Assembly (NCBI GenBank): GCA_010093815.1 | Contig: ML996584.1 | DNA from: Pseudovirgaria hyperparasitica | Taxonomy: Eukaryota | Length of the DNA: 64,000 bases | Strand: one strand, 5' to 3' | Shown here: in pieces, positions 1-13,609 of the stretch | Position numbering within the stretch: position 1 is the first letter of the stretch | Layout: each line of letters opens with the position of its first letter | The notes under the pieces: model-generated | The model's input: only the letters and a program-made list of their open reading frames with translations | Database searches by the model: none | Told to the model about the DNA's origin: nothing | Program-made: the position numbers and the translations under genes

Positions 1-137
1 CTCGCACCTTAATCAAGTCTCACATTTGGTCATACCCAAGATAATCACAAGCCACGATTCTTCCTATAAACTATGTCTTCTTTGGCCTCATGTGTTCGTA
101 GCGATCGTTCTTCAGGAGATTTTGAACGGAATGCTGA

Positions 138-1833
138 TTGGAAAGAATTTCAACGACTTCTTTCGTAGCTCTTACCACATACGAGGTAGAGCGAATGCAA
201 AACATAAATATCAGTAGCACTGCCACATACATCTCCACTACCATGACCCTCGAGAGCACTTACGTATTCAATTACGTTGGCCACAGTCTTGACTCTGCTT
301 CATATGGAACAGGAATCATACCTCAAGACTTCCTCTATCAAATCCATGAACGGACGTGTACAGCTGGTGAATGGCATGGAGATGTTACTGTTCTCGTTCT
401 TGTCAAGTTGGTGTATGCGTCGATCAACCCGAATGAGGCTGCCGTAGGAGTCCTTCAATTAAGCGTCCGTCCATTCTGATAATACTCACCCGTTGTGCTA
501 GAATCATCTCTCTCGACTGATCCAATTGGACCCAAGCAAACAGCCCATCAAACAAAAAGCAAGCCGATCCATTGGAGCGATCCCACTCTTGCAGCGTTCA
601 GCGCGCTTTAATCACTTTAGCGTTATTTGCCTATCCTGCATCACCAGTAGATTCATTCCTGGCCACAGTCACTCCAGTGTATTCTATTAAGTCTACAGCT
701 TCCCTCGATTCATCGTTTGCAGTATTCACGAGCAAAACGAACGTCAATCTTGTTTACATGACCCGTGTAGTGTGGAAAATCAAGATAGAAATTAGAATCA
801 TCACTTTCACCAAGCATTACCGCCACACATTTCAACAACAGTCCTAACACCTTGACAGGTGGCCAACAGCTCATTGGAAACGATGCTACCGACGGGACAC
901 CACGCCAAACTGGTATAGTCGACTCTCCAGAGCTAGAAGGGGTACTCTGCTCACCACCGATTCTTACGTTAGGCAGTCATACAGTGACCGGGACCGCTGC
1001 AACACAATATTACTTTAGGCCGGGAGCAGTCTTAATATCTGGTGAGACTATTATGGTCGATGCTACAATTATCGGTCTTGACGCTTGAGCTCACTATCTT
1101 ATCATTGGAGGGTCATCGTCATACATCCCAACAGTCGCAACACCAGTTCCTATGCTCAATGTAGATGACACGAAGTATCCGCTTCAACCTGGTAACTCAA
1201 TCATCATTCAAGGACAAAGGCTTGTTGCTGGGTCCGTCATAAATGTTACACCAGATATGCGCATGCTACAGCTGCACCCGTACTTCCAATCGACGGAGCC
1301 AAGTTCACAGCAACACCTGGATCTGGAACGAGCTATGCGATAGGGGTCAATATCTAATACCTGATGGTCAGATCATAGTCGCGAATCTGACGATGTCACT
1401 GACACCTTTTGCTACGGCACTTGTGATCAATAGTGCCACTACAACTCTGTTGAGTCCTCAGTCTCAAGCTACGAATGCACCACTGCTGTCATTGAACGGG
1501 CAGACAATCGCTGCCGACCCGCAGACCGCGTACACTATTGACGGGCAGACCTCTACAACGTCGGATGCCTCGCCAGATCTAGACTCAGCTACCACGACCT
1601 ACCAAATTGTACGTCTCGCCCATACCGAAACCGGAAATGCACTGAATGTAATGGTGCCCGACTTAACTTTCGCCTTGTTCGTTGGGGCTCCTCTTGTATT
1701 TGCTCTAATCTGGAATAAGTTCGATCCCTCATGTGAAACGCTTCAACTTAAATTTGGCTTTGAAGCAAGGACAAACACAAATTTTATATTTACATGTTTT
1801 CTCCCCTTTCGACAGCGTTGGACTCCTTTGTAG
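138..1833 (+). pseudogene. Degraded Ser/Thr-rich repeat cell-wall protein, possibly GPI-anchored
   Basis: Fragments share the repeat style P-[IV]-L-T-L-G-x-x-T-[VI]-T-A / Y-x-I-x-G-Q-T-L (PPILTLGSHTVTG, APVLPIDGAKFTAT, APLLSLNGQTIAAD). They are broken by an in-frame TGA (1086-1088) and frameshifts near 1255 and 1346. Hydrophobic tail TFALFVGAPLVFALIW. The 5' boundary is uncertain. Confidence 0.6.
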
Positions 1834-2275
1834 TCTTCGGAACATTTGTAAAAAGGGAGAACTACGATGCTTATTAATAACTACATCATTAACTCATCTT
1901 ATATAGCTGGCGCCTAGCGTGCACATATACAGTTTGAAATCGCCATGATCTTAAGGTGGATGATCTCTCTTAAGAAGAAGACATTGTCACTAAATCTGGA
2001 CGAACATGAAAAGTCTACACGGAACAGATATCAGGCAATATCGACACCGTAGCCAGACTGCCGTTTCCAGGATTTATGTCTCCGTCTCCTTGATAATTTG
2101 TATAGGTCTTTGAGACAACGTATGGTCGCACTCATGGCCCGTTCTTAATTGAATGCGACACACGTATCAAAAATAGTTTTAAAAGTGCTTTCGAACGATT
2201 CACGAGGCTGGAAAGCAAACAGAAAGCTCGCAAAATACGAGCGGCTAGTTTCGCCAGTCTGCCTCAGCCGTTGTG

Positions 2276-2753
2276 CCTCGGCATAAATCACGAGACTGCT
2301 GCGGGGGATTGCAACGCATTCTTCATTCAATCTCCGCAGCTCAGTAGTCAGCGGTTTGTCAACGCGACGCGTTGCGCCACTGGATTCTTGCATGTGAATG
2401 CCTCTCGTCTTGCGGGTTGATGTCGATACTTCCTATTATCATCTGGATGTATGTTTACATGATTCACAGCCGCCGTGTCCGCAAAGCTCGAAGCCACCGA
2501 GTCTTGTCACGGATGACATCAGCTGGTCCCTTACTGCAATTATCCCCTTGGACCGGCTACGACGTAATTCCTCGGCCCAATCCACAAGCTCCGTCACGTC
2601 CACCAGACGATTCAGGTAATAGCACATGCGATATGGTTCGTTATGAGTACCGGTCTGGCCCGAATGCGCTTTGGCATACTCTTAGCTTGTCTTTCCTGGC
2701 CGCATGAGCAATCGTGATGCAGCTTTATATACCCTAGCGTGACCATACCTCGG
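2276..2753 (+). promoter_or_regulatory. Three CCTCGG motifs (FarA/FarB/Ctf1-type fatty-acid response element) and a SYGGRG (CreA-type) site upstream of isocitrate lyase
   Basis: CCTCGG at 2276-2281, 2570-2575 and 2748-2753; GCGGGG at 2301-2306. Function is inferred from known Aspergillus motifs. Confidence 0.5.
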
Positions 2754-2937
2754 ATGAAGATTGTTGTATCCACCTTCTCTGACTGGTCTTTAGAGTTATC
2801 TTCTGTAATTATTAGGCCCGTGGAAATACGCTGGACTACATTGCTCCTGCTAACTCATATTAACAATCCCAAACTCAGCTATATTATAGCTCATACTTAC
2901 AAGCTCTTCCTCACGTCTCGTTCGAAACGATCTCACC

Positions 2938-4645
2938 ATGGCAGACAACGAAGAGAAGGTGTACCAGCAGGAGGTTGCAGAGGTTAAGAAGTGGTGGACT
3001 GACTCGAGGTGGCGATACACCAAGCGTACCTTTACTGCTGAGCAGATTGTTGCTAAAAGGGGGACTATTCCAATATCATATCCAGGCAATGTCTTGAGCA
3101 AAAAGCTATGGAACATACTGGAGGGGAGGTTCAAGAATAAGGAGGCTTCCTTCACCTACGGCTGTTTGGACCCGGTCATGGTCACGCAGATGGCCAAGTA
3201 CCTGGACACTGTGTACGTCTCCGGATGGCAGAGCTCATCCACCGCAAGCTCGACAGATGAACCTGGTCCGGATCTCGCGGATTATCCATACGTACATATT
3301 CACCTCTACAAATTGACAGACATTAAATTGATAATTGGCAGACTACCGTCCCGAACAAGGTCCAACATCTATTCATGGCGCAACTTTTTCACGACAGGAA
3401 GCAGCGTGAAGAGCGTGTGACTACTGCAAAGGCCGATCGGGGCAAACTCCAGAAGATCGACTTCCTCCGCCCCATCATTGCCGATGCCGATACAGGTCAT
3501 GGTGGTTTAACTGCCATCATGAAGCTCACCAAGCTCTTCATTGAGAAGGGTGCTGCGGGTATTCACATTGAGGATCAAGCTCCAGGAACTAAGAAGTGCG
3601 GTCACATGGCTGGAAAAGTGCTCGTTCCGATCGCTGAACACATCAACCGTCTCGTCGCTATTCGTGCGCAGGCCGATATCATGGGAAGTGATCTTCTCGC
3701 TGTAGCGCGCACGGATTCTGAAGCTGCCACCCTAATCACCTCCACAATTGACCCTCGCGATCACCACTACATTCTCGGTGCGACCAATCCAGCTCTTCAG
3801 CCTCTCAACGATCTCATGATAGCTGCTGAGAACGCCGGTAAGAACGGGGCACAACTGCAGGCTGTAGAAGACGAATGGAATGCACAAGCAGGTCTCAAGC
3901 TTTTCCACGAGGCTGTTATTGACACTATCAACGCCGGTGTTCACGTGAACAAGAAGGATCTCATCAGTCAATTCACGACTGCATCCAAGGGTAAGAGCAA
4001 CGCGGAAGCCCGCGCAATTGCGAAAGGATTGACTGGTGTTGATGTTTACTTCGATTGGGATTCACCGAGAACGAGAGAGGGTTACTACAGGTACCGTGGT
4101 GGCTGTGAATGTGCCATCAACCGCGCTGTTGCATATGCTCCCTACTGCGACCTGATTTGGATGGAGAGTAAGTTGCCCGACTATGCGCAAGCGAAGCAAT
4201 TTGCCGATGGTGTCCACGCCGTTTGGCCCGAACAGAAGTAAGTTCTGATCCAGTTAAAAATTTAAATAAATGCTGATATACATCGAGGCTCGCGTACAAC
4301 TTATCTCCATCGTTTAATTGGAAGGCTGCAATGCCGCGTAACGAACAAGAAACTTACATTCAGCGTCTAGCCTCCATGGGTTACTGCTGGCAGTTCATCA
4401 CTCTCGCGGGTCTGCATCAGACTGCACTAATGGCGGATACCTTTACCAAGGCATATGCCAAGCAGGGCATGCGAGCATATGGCGAGCTCATTCAGGAGCC
4501 AGAGATGGTCAACAAGGTGGAGGTTGTGACACACCAGAAATGGTCCGGAGCAAATTATGTGGATGAGCTGTTGAAGATGGTGAGCGGTGGTGTAAGCAGC
4601 ACCAGTGCAATGGGCAAGGGTGTGACCGAGGACCAGTTCAAATAA
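2938..4645 (+). CDS. ICL1: Isocitrate lyase (glyoxylate cycle; acuD orthologue)
   Basis: Motifs [40 protein letters not shown]. Predicted exons 2938-3291, 3342-4237, 4288-4645. Confidence 0.97.
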
Positions 4646-4840
4646 GTGACAGAGTCTCATGGACTCTTTGACCGTGTATATGCAAATTGCTTCATGTTAG
4701 ACACGTTCGTATTAAATATCACGTTAAAATTATGACCGGTAATTTATCTCACGTGACGCAGCTATCTTGTAGACGGCTAGGACTTTGACGGGTTCGCGCT
4801 GCGGCCTGTTCCCACATGCTCCCTCGCACATCTTTTCGAA

Positions 4841-6650
4841 ATGGAAACTCTTCATAACACGACCTGGGATGTGATAATCTCTGGTACAGGACTTCCACAA
4901 TCACTACTTGCTCTGTACGTATCTTATTTCCGCAATCACTTCTCCAATCTGACTGACTTAGCATGATGGAAAAAGTTCTCTCTCGCGCTCCGACAAAAGA
5001 GTCCTACACATTGACCAGAATGAATTTTATGGAGGCCCAGAAGCTGCATTCAGCTTGCAAGAGGCAGAGACGTGGGTCAGACAGTTAAACGATGTGTCAC
5101 CCTCTCATACGCGTACTGTTTATTCCAGCGTCTCGTTACAACAACCTCCAAATCATGATACAGATGGACCGAAACTTTCATTCTCTCGCGCCTACAGCTT
5201 GACTTTGTCCCCTCAAATAATTTACTCACGATCAGCGCTTATAAGTGCGCTCGTAGACTCCAAAGTATATAAGCAACTGGACTTCCTTGCTGTTGGCAGC
5301 TGGTGGGTTTTTTCCTCTCCCGAAGACGCAGAATCGGTACGCGCAGGCTCTTTGCTGAAAGTACCCAATGGAAGAGAGGACATATTCACGGACTCGTCAC
5401 TACGGTCAAAAGACAAAAGAGCACTGATGAAGTTCCTGAGATTCATGACAGACTACGAAGAACTCCACGATATATGGGAACCATATCGCGATCAGCCTTT
5501 CTCTGCACTTTTGATAGAGAACTTCAAAATGTCTCCGAAGCTACAAGAGCCTATTTGTGCCTTGACTTTGACATCAATGACTCCTAATCGGACGTCGACA
5601 GAATATGCCTTGCCACGCATTGCAAGACATCTGCGTTCTGTGGGTGTCTTCGGTCCGGGATTTGGGGCCATCATACCAAAATGGGGAGGCCTCTCCGAGG
5701 TTGCACAGGTGGGATGTCGAGCTGGCGCTGTCGGTGGCGCGACTTATGTCCTTGCAAAAGGCATCGAAGGCCGGCAGTACAAAGAGCCAGATTCCCCAGA
5801 TGGCCCATCTGATATTACACTCAACCTCCGAGGAGGCGAGAGCGTCTCGACCAAGTGGCTTGTTGGGGCGCGTGACGAAGCTCTCGGTCAACCATCTAAC
5901 TCGATGCAGCGCTCAAGGGATTCAGCGCCAGGTCTACTGCGGTCGATCTCCATCGTTTCATCACCTCTTCGTAGCTTGTTCCCTCCCCTAGGCGAGGGCT
6001 CTCCTGTCCCTGCCGCGGCTGTCGTTGTGTTCCCCACGGGCTCACTTACTATTGAAGGGATATCATCTGCAGACATGCCTCCAGTCAACATATTTGTTCA
6101 TTCAAGTGAGACTGGTGAGTGTCCTACTGGACAAAGTAAGTTGCCAACTCCTTTTATCAACTTTTCGGATGACGATTTCTTCATACAACCTTATCTACAT
6201 TGTCTGAACTTCATTGACGACCTTGCGAGACCTTCTGACACTATCATGAACTCATATAAGCATCACGCCCATTATAGTACACCGTGCTAATGATATGCAG
6301 GTGTTCTCTATGCGAGTATATCTCCCGTCGAATGCGATTGCGAGGTGATTCTCAAGCAAGCTGTGGATACACTCCTCCTGGCTTCTCGGGAGGAACCACA
6401 ACCGAAAGTACTATGGTCGCTTCACTACAAGGTCAACCTACCGTTGCCAGAGGTAGCAGAAGTAGACAATGGTGTCCGAGTCACGGGAAACATTGTAGAG
6501 CTCCCTCATACCTCTCTAGATCTAGTGTTCGAAGACGCCGTAGTTGACCAGGTACAAGTCGCATGGAGGCACGTCACAGGGCAACGCAATAGTGAGTTCC
6601 TCGATTTCGAAGATAGAGAGGGCACGAATGAAGATGCCAACAACGATTGA
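4841..6650 (+). CDS. MRS6: Rab escort protein / Rab geranylgeranyltransferase component A (GDI/REP family)
   Basis: N-terminus METLHNTTWDVIISGTGLPQSLLAL-SLSRSDKRVLHID; motifs KVPNGREDIF, GGLSEVAQVGCRAGAVGG, GECPTGQ. Introns at about 4915-4975 and 6136-6300. Confidence 0.9.
6164..6243 (+). ncRNA. snR62: Intronic box C/D snoRNA, snR62/U34-like
   Basis: Box C ATGACGA 6169-6175, D' CTGA 6204-6207, C' TGACGA 6215-6220, D CTGA 6235-6238. The 15-nt guide CCTTATCTACATTGT (6189-6203) is the reverse complement of the conserved LSU rRNA segment ACAAUGUAGAUAAGG (rRNA sequence recalled, not searched). Confidence 0.8.
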
Positions 6651-7331
6651 TTATACGACAACCTCAGGACCTATCGCATTTATGTGACGCCTGACATGAT
6701 TTAAGAAAGCAGTGATCTTTGGGGCCAGACAAGCTCATATGTAAGATGAATGCACCAAGAGAGTTGGCAGAGCTTTAGGTGATCACATACGACCACGCAT
6801 CCCGATACAATGATCATGACTCTTTTGCAGGTCTGAGATTGGTTGTCTGTAGGTGATCTATATATCTCGTTTCACTGGTGCTGTAGCGTATCATCGCTAA
6901 AATGGCCACCTGCATGACGCGTCGTTCGCGCTAGCGGCTTTGGTAATGTAGGTATCTCTCTGATATACCACGTTCAGGATATGATTAGTTCTCGTCAGCA
7001 TCGAGCAAGAACAACACATAGGCATATTACCTACTTGTACCGTCTCCCCCTTGGCTCTTCATAGTTAGCAGCACCGTGCACGTAAGGGGTGACGCGGGTA
7101 TTGTCGGAAGTGCAGGCCCCGCAGTAGGAATTGGCCGCGGGCCTGGGGAACTCTGACCTGGCCCAAGCTCCAAAGCTTGTGGTCATGGAGTCCATCATCC
7201 TCGGCAGACAATCCCAAGTGACGTTTGCTAGCTCAGTATGTAGTTATTGTGTCCCCCTCTTCTACGGGTCTCCTTCTATCACGACCTTTAAATCTCTAAT
7301 TAGCAGCATACATCTTATATACTTAGCCAGC

Positions 7332-9120
7332 ATGCCTCCCTCCAACCCAGATCTCATTCTCCGTGATGTCAATATCCTCGGCCAGCTCAATGATAAGACT
7401 CGCCAGATCCTGAACAAAGATGCCGCAGTCTTCCTAGCCCTCCTACACAGAACTTTCAATGAGCGACGGAAGGCTCTTCTCGAACGCCGTCAGATTCGTC
7501 AGGCTGAGCTTGACAAAGGCAACCTTCCCGATTTCCTCCCAGAGACCAAGCATATCAGGGACAATGATGCCTGGAAAGGAGCACCACCAGCCCCTGGCCT
7601 GGTGGATAGGCGGACCGAGATCACCGGTCCCACGGATAGGAAGATGGTTGTCAATGCTCTCAACGCCGATGTGTGGACATACATGGCTGATTTCGAAGGT
7701 ATGAGATTTCTGAAACGTGAGAGAATGCTATGATTGATCAACACAATCAGACTCCAGCGCCCCAACATGGGACAATATGATCAACGGACAGCTTAACCTG
7801 TACGACGCCATACGCAGGCAAGTAGACTTTAAGCAAGGCGAGAAGGAATACAAACTACGCACTGACCGTAAGCTACCGACTCTCATTGCGAGAGCTCGAG
7901 GATGGCACCTCGAGGAGAAGCACTTCACTGTGGACGGAGCTGCCATCTCCGGTGGGCTTTTCGACTTCGGTCTCTACTTCTTCAACAACGCCAATGAGCT
8001 TGTAAAGCGTGGCGCAGGCCCATATTTCTACCTTCCAAAGATGGAGTCACACTTGGAGGCACGTCTCTGGAACGATGTGTTCAACTTCGCCCAGGACTAC
8101 ATCGGCATGTCCCGTGGAACCATTCGTGGTACTGTTTTGATCGAGACTATCATGGCTGCTTTCGAGATGGACGAGGTAACTATGTCAGTCAATTATGCAG
8201 ATATCATAGCTAATAGCCGCCCAGATTATCTATGAACTCCGTGATCACAGTTCAGGTCTAAATTGCGGTCGCTGGGATTATATCTTCAGTGTTATCAAGC
8301 GCTTCCGCCAAAACCCCAACTTCGTTCTACCAGACCGATCTGCCGTGACCATGACCGTTCCTTTCATGGATGCCTACGTACGCCTTCTAATTAAGACCTG
8401 CCATAGACGACAAGTCCATGCCATGGGAGGCATGGCTGCCCAGATCCCAATCAAGAATGACAAGAAAGCCAACGACCTCGCTATGGACGGCGTCCGCGCC
8501 GACAAGCTCCGCGAAGTACGCGCTGGCCATGATGGAACCTGGGTCGCACATCCTGCGCTTGCTGAGATTGCCAACGAGGTCTTCAATACCCACATGCCAA
8601 CCCCAAATCAACTCTTTGTACGTCGTGAGGAGGTCAATGTTACACGTAACGACCTTCTGAACATGAACGTACCGGGTAAGATAACTGAAGAGGGCATTCG
8701 CAAGAATCTGAACATCGGGCTCGGATACATGGAGGGCTGGCTGCGCGGGGTGGGCTGCGTGCCGATCAACTTCCTAATGGAAGATGCGGCGACGGCGGAG
8801 GTCTCCCGCAGTCAGCTGTGGCAGTGGTGTAAGCACGGAAGCGCGACGGCGGAGGGTGTCAAGGTCACGCCGCAGTATGCACTCAAGTTGTTACATGAGC
8901 AGTCTAAAGAGCTGGAGAGCAGGGCACCTAAGGGCAACAAGTTCCAACTTGCGGCAAAGTACTTTGAGGGCCAAGTGACTGGACAGGACTATGCAGAGTT
9001 CTTGACATCGTAAGTGTCCTCCTGAGATCTGGATATGTGCATATGCTGACACAAAATCGTAGACTTCTCTACAACGAGATTACAAACGTGGGTTCTCCTG
9101 TCGGCGCAGCCAAGTTATAG
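7332..9120 (+). CDS. MLS1: Malate synthase, peroxisomal (glyoxylate cycle; acuE orthologue)
   Basis: Motifs [56 protein letters not shown]-terminal AKL is a PTS1 signal. Introns 7699-7750, 8176-8224, 9010-9062. Confidence 0.97.
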
Positions 9121-11348
9121 ATACCAAGCCACTTTTAAACTCGTCCCATGATCGTTTAACTACTATATATTGTAAAGTAACTACGGCGTATTGAAACCAG
9201 CGATATTGTCCTCGCACATCCAAAAGCCTGTGAAGCTTCAATTTCCTTCTCATGAGCACACCATCTGATTCGTCGGTAACCACTTCTTCCACCGGCACAC
9301 ATGTGACTTGCTCTCCTCCGTGAATTGAGAAACAAGCTAAATCGGATCCCCTTAGATCGCGTCCTCCGTGCCGGCCGTGAAGTTGTAATGTCAATCACAT
9401 GCCAATCATGTACAGCCGACGGATCGGCCGTGGACGGAGAGCTCGCGTGATTACCTTAATGCAGCGGCGCCGAATTTTGCCGACTCCACCTAGTCGTGTA
9501 TTATATAATACTTGGCTAGGTAAGATAGCTCGTTATGTTGGATGAAGGTGTGTTAGCACGCATGGATACACTCACTGTTTGCACGTAGTTCCCTGCTTTG
9601 AATTTGGCTTGGGATGATGTTGGTGGATATTCAACCTTGAGGGCAGGAATGACGGTAGGGGATCCTGGAGACTGGTCTATTCAGAAGTGAGTATGCGATA
9701 CTATCAAGTAAGTTGGTTCCATGTTTACTATTGAGCTGCTGATCTTGGTTGTTCTCTCCGTTTGTCTGCATTTTGCTCAAGATGTCCCTATAAGTCAGCA
9801 AGACATGGTCTAGGTTTGTTAGTTCCGGTGCACTAGTCTCTTCAAGCTTGTCAAGTACTCAGATTTCCAGCGTAGGTTGCACTTGCAATGATAAATTCTG
9901 GACCAGACCCTTGTGTTCAGCCCACGTAATGCTTATCCTTGGGCAGGTGGATCTTCTGGGATCAAAACGCGAGGACCTATAGCTAGCACAGATAGTATTA
10001 AGTATAGGTCATGAAGATACTGACTGCTGTGTTTGCTGGCTCCTTTGGGCTTTGCTATGTGCGTGTTGGCCACGATAGCGTAGATTATCAACTTTCGAGC
10101 TATATGCAGAACGTCCTTCATGCGCCATGCCATGTCTTGTTCTGGTACAATAAAGTCCTTCATATGGGTGACGTCCTTGGTGTTTCAGCGACCGTCTAGT
10201 CGAGTTGCCGATTTGTAAGTTGGTCCAGGATTTGGCCTGGTAGGTCCCATGGGGATATGATAGTGTGCGTAGTTTAGGGGGTTCTTACAGCAGACGTGAT
10301 TATACGTACCCTGTTTCTCCAACAAGTTATTACCAAAGAAGTGCCTGAAGCTCTCAGAGCTGGAACGCTTAGTATGGTATTATATAGCAATTATTGATAA
10401 AACTATGCAGTCAACTCAATCCAAACCGGCCATAATATGTCTGTTGCACTCTTCAGTACTTATCTATATTCTTTGTATACTTATATATGAAACCACACCT
10501 ATGATCATCATAGTGTATAAATGCTAAAAATTATAGATAAATGTTAAACACCGTGCGGAATGTTGATCTATGCGTACCGTAGTCATACAGGTCATACCAC
10601 TATGTTCTCTACGAAGAGACTTTACGGAGTTCACCACCGAGAGAACTTCGCGCCACAGAGCGCTCAGTTTTGTATCTCAGGCAATGGGTCTAATCAGATC
10701 TATGTATTATGCTAGGCATCTGCAACTCCCTCTGAGCTTCAGTATTCGTGAAACACAATACGATTAACTTGTATACGTCACGAATATAAAGGAAAAACAA
10801 TGTTAGCTTACTCTGAAATAATTTTAAAGTAGTAAGACACCTTGAACGCTGCTTGCTGCCACGACTGTGTAGGGATACCTTATAAGAAGCTCAAACTTCC
10901 CTCATCAAACCAACATTATAGTGGAGCAACCGTCTTCTTGTTTCAGAAGCGTTTCGTAAGCTATCGGGCATCGTGTATCAGCGAGACTCTTTGGTTGGGT
11001 TAAACAACGTCTCGTTGAAATGAGTTATATGCTGTTGATCAATATGCAAATGTGCTTATTCAACGCCTAGCATGTGTGATTTGTAGGGCTCAATCAAATG
11101 TATAGATAGCATTCATAAGGCTATGTGTTAACTACTAGCTTTCTGATGTTACCTTGATGTATTCACTGGCTCTAAGCGGTGAGTTGGCACAAGACGATGG
11201 ACTTATGCAGAACCTAGTGGCTATATAGAATTGTAGATTTCACTTTCGACCCCTGATGACGCCCACACCTCATCTCTACGGAAAGAATGATGGTACAATA
11301 ATATGCAGATTGCGTGATTTCCCTTCGCTTGGCTCGAAATATAGTAGT

Positions 11349-12252
11349 TCAGCCTGTGAGCTTCTCACCCCTGGCAAAGAATAATGTCCTTGAAACGTTC
11401 TGCCCGTTCTTACCCTCCAAGACCATCTTCTCGTCCATGACCTTGAAGCTGAACCTTGACAGGCCTGCATTATCGTATATTTTCTGCATATCAGATTCCG
11501 TGAAGCCATGTTTCTGGATGGATTTGACTGCATCGTGATCATTAAATGCAGTTCCGTCATCTGACAGAAGATCGATCAGAAGTAGTACACCTCCTGGCTT
11601 AAGGCGTGTTGCTAGCTTTTTTGCGGCATCTGCAGGATCTTCGAAATGGTGGAAACCCAACCCGATACAGGCGATATCGAAGTTGAAGTATTTATCCTGC
11701 ATGAGTTCTACAGGCTCCACTGGATCTCTCAAGAGGTTGCCTGTTACTGCCGAAATATTTGACAACGGTATACCCGCATCAGACACCTTTTTGTTGAATG
11801 CGTCCACCATTTCGGGCGTTATATCAATACCTATGGCGTGAGTAATGTGGGGTCCAAGTCGCTGAGATGATAGTTAGCAATATCCTAAGACGGTGCCACG
11901 TAACTGACTCGTGTCACTATTCCAGTACCGCAAGCATAGTCCAACAAGCGGACCTCTCTGCTCTCAGCCAACCTTTCCTCCGGCGTGATCCAATTGACTC
12001 CAATCCAGGAGTGATAATCCTCAAAAGCTTTCGAAACAGCCTCTTGTACTTTTTTGTTCTTGGGATTGTTGTCGTACCATTCGACTTTGTCCCTGTACAG
12101 GTCACGGACAATTAGCTACCAGCCCCTGGTACATTTCAAGAGAAGCAGAGACACCACCAGAAGAAACCGTGTGCTACACACAATACGAGTCGGGTCATCG
12201 TCGAGCGTGTCACATACCGGAAATACTTAATGTTGTCATCTTCAATGCCCAT
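11349..12252 (-). CDS. Class I SAM-dependent methyltransferase
   Basis: Motifs LLDYACGTG, AIGIDITPEMV, FDIACIGLGFHHFEDP, LKPGGVLLLID. First exon MGIEDDNIKYF from 12252; multi-exon. Confidence 0.85.
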
Positions 12253-12598
12253 CGTGCTTTGGGTGGAACGCGCGTTCTGCTGATCGGATATGTGAAGTGA
12301 GCGATAGCTTGTGAATTGAAAGAGTATTTGTTGAGTTGATGCAGATGCGTGGTTCTAAGTCGTCTTATATGCGAGATATCTAGGCACATTGATTGTTTTA
12401 AGGGCCGAGATGGAAGTCTCCGGTCTGGCTGGAACTATCCGAGAGGCCCGCTTCGCGTAGCTCGGCGACATTTCGAGTGCTGGACGCCCTCGGTGAAACA
12501 TTAACTTGGTGCAATAGGTGCATTTGGATATTTTGGTCGAAACTTGGAAAGCAATAACCTAGCGCTTTTCTGCTACCAGAGGAGATGATGATGGATTT

Positions 12599-13609
12599 TT
12601 AAGATGGAGATGGGTATGGAGATGAAGTCTCGGAGAGATGCACTTTGTATACGTCTTGCCCGAGCACATCTTCTTTGGTGCACAGTTTCTCAAATTGTTG
12701 TCTTTGCTGCCGTTGTAAGCCTTCCTGTCGTTTCCTCTCTCTTCTTGCAACAGGGTCTTCCCAAACTGTGGCTTTAAACTGATTACCCTCGTCAATAATG
12801 TTGCTGAGTCGAACCCTGAATAGACTATCGCGAAACCTGGCGATTCTTTCTGAGTTGATACGGAATCGGCTGTTAGCAATGCCTACCAAGATACGAAGAT
12901 AGGATTCATCAACAAGAGATTGAATTCGTTGTACACCATCTTCGCATATCTCGTATCCGATAATAGCATCAAAACCCAGTCCTGTTGACCGAACAGCAAC
13001 AGTAGGGGTTGATTCTTGTTGGGTGGACGATGAAAGTCCCACTGCTCCACTCTCGCGGAACCCCGAAGCAAGAGCAGCAGCGAGCATTTCTTGTGCATAC
13101 GTATTTGTAGCTGAAAGGACGTGTAAAATCTATCTTGAAATGAGCATACGTCCAGCGCGGCATGGGAAGCTGCATACCATTGCTTCGAACTTTAGGTGTA
13201 CATAACGAGTAGAGCTTTCCATGTCGGAAGGAAGCTTTTGCTTCGGGTGCATACCAAATGCATTATGCAGATCAACCTCTGAGTTTTCATTACAGAGCTT
13301 CACAGGCTTATGAGATACAAATCGCCAAGAGCCTCCGCCTTTACCCCCAACAGACGACCGTATAGTATCGGCTTGGCTGTTCGCTTGGACGTCAGCTTTT
13401 TCAACTGGCCTGGATCCCTCGAGAAAAACGCTGATTCTACCAGAACAGCTACTCGTTGTCACGAAGCCTTCTCTGTTGTTGATATCGTCTATGAGAGATC
13501 TGATGGGTTCATCGATCGTTCCTTTTGGTGAGGAATCATTATACGACTCACAAGGCTCAGCAAGCTGCTTCAAAATGCGCGACTTCTTTGCATCGAAGTT
13601 CGAAGGCAT
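12599..13609 (-). CDS. TYW3: tRNA wybutosine-synthesizing protein 3
   Basis: Motifs FDAKKSRIL, DSSPKGTIDEPI, VTTSSCSGRISVF, GFRESG, VAVRS, ANSRFRINSERIARF. One intron near 13120-13176. Confidence 0.93.

Noticed and set aside
7131..7331. In-frame TTG-initiated N-terminal extension of malate synthase
   Set aside because: Covers promoter-like sequence; homology to malate synthase starts at the ATG at 7332.
9200..11300. Short ORFs (e.g. 9933-10163) between MLS1 and the methyltransferase
   Set aside because: No recognisable motif or splice-supported model; could be a decayed gene but I cannot support it.
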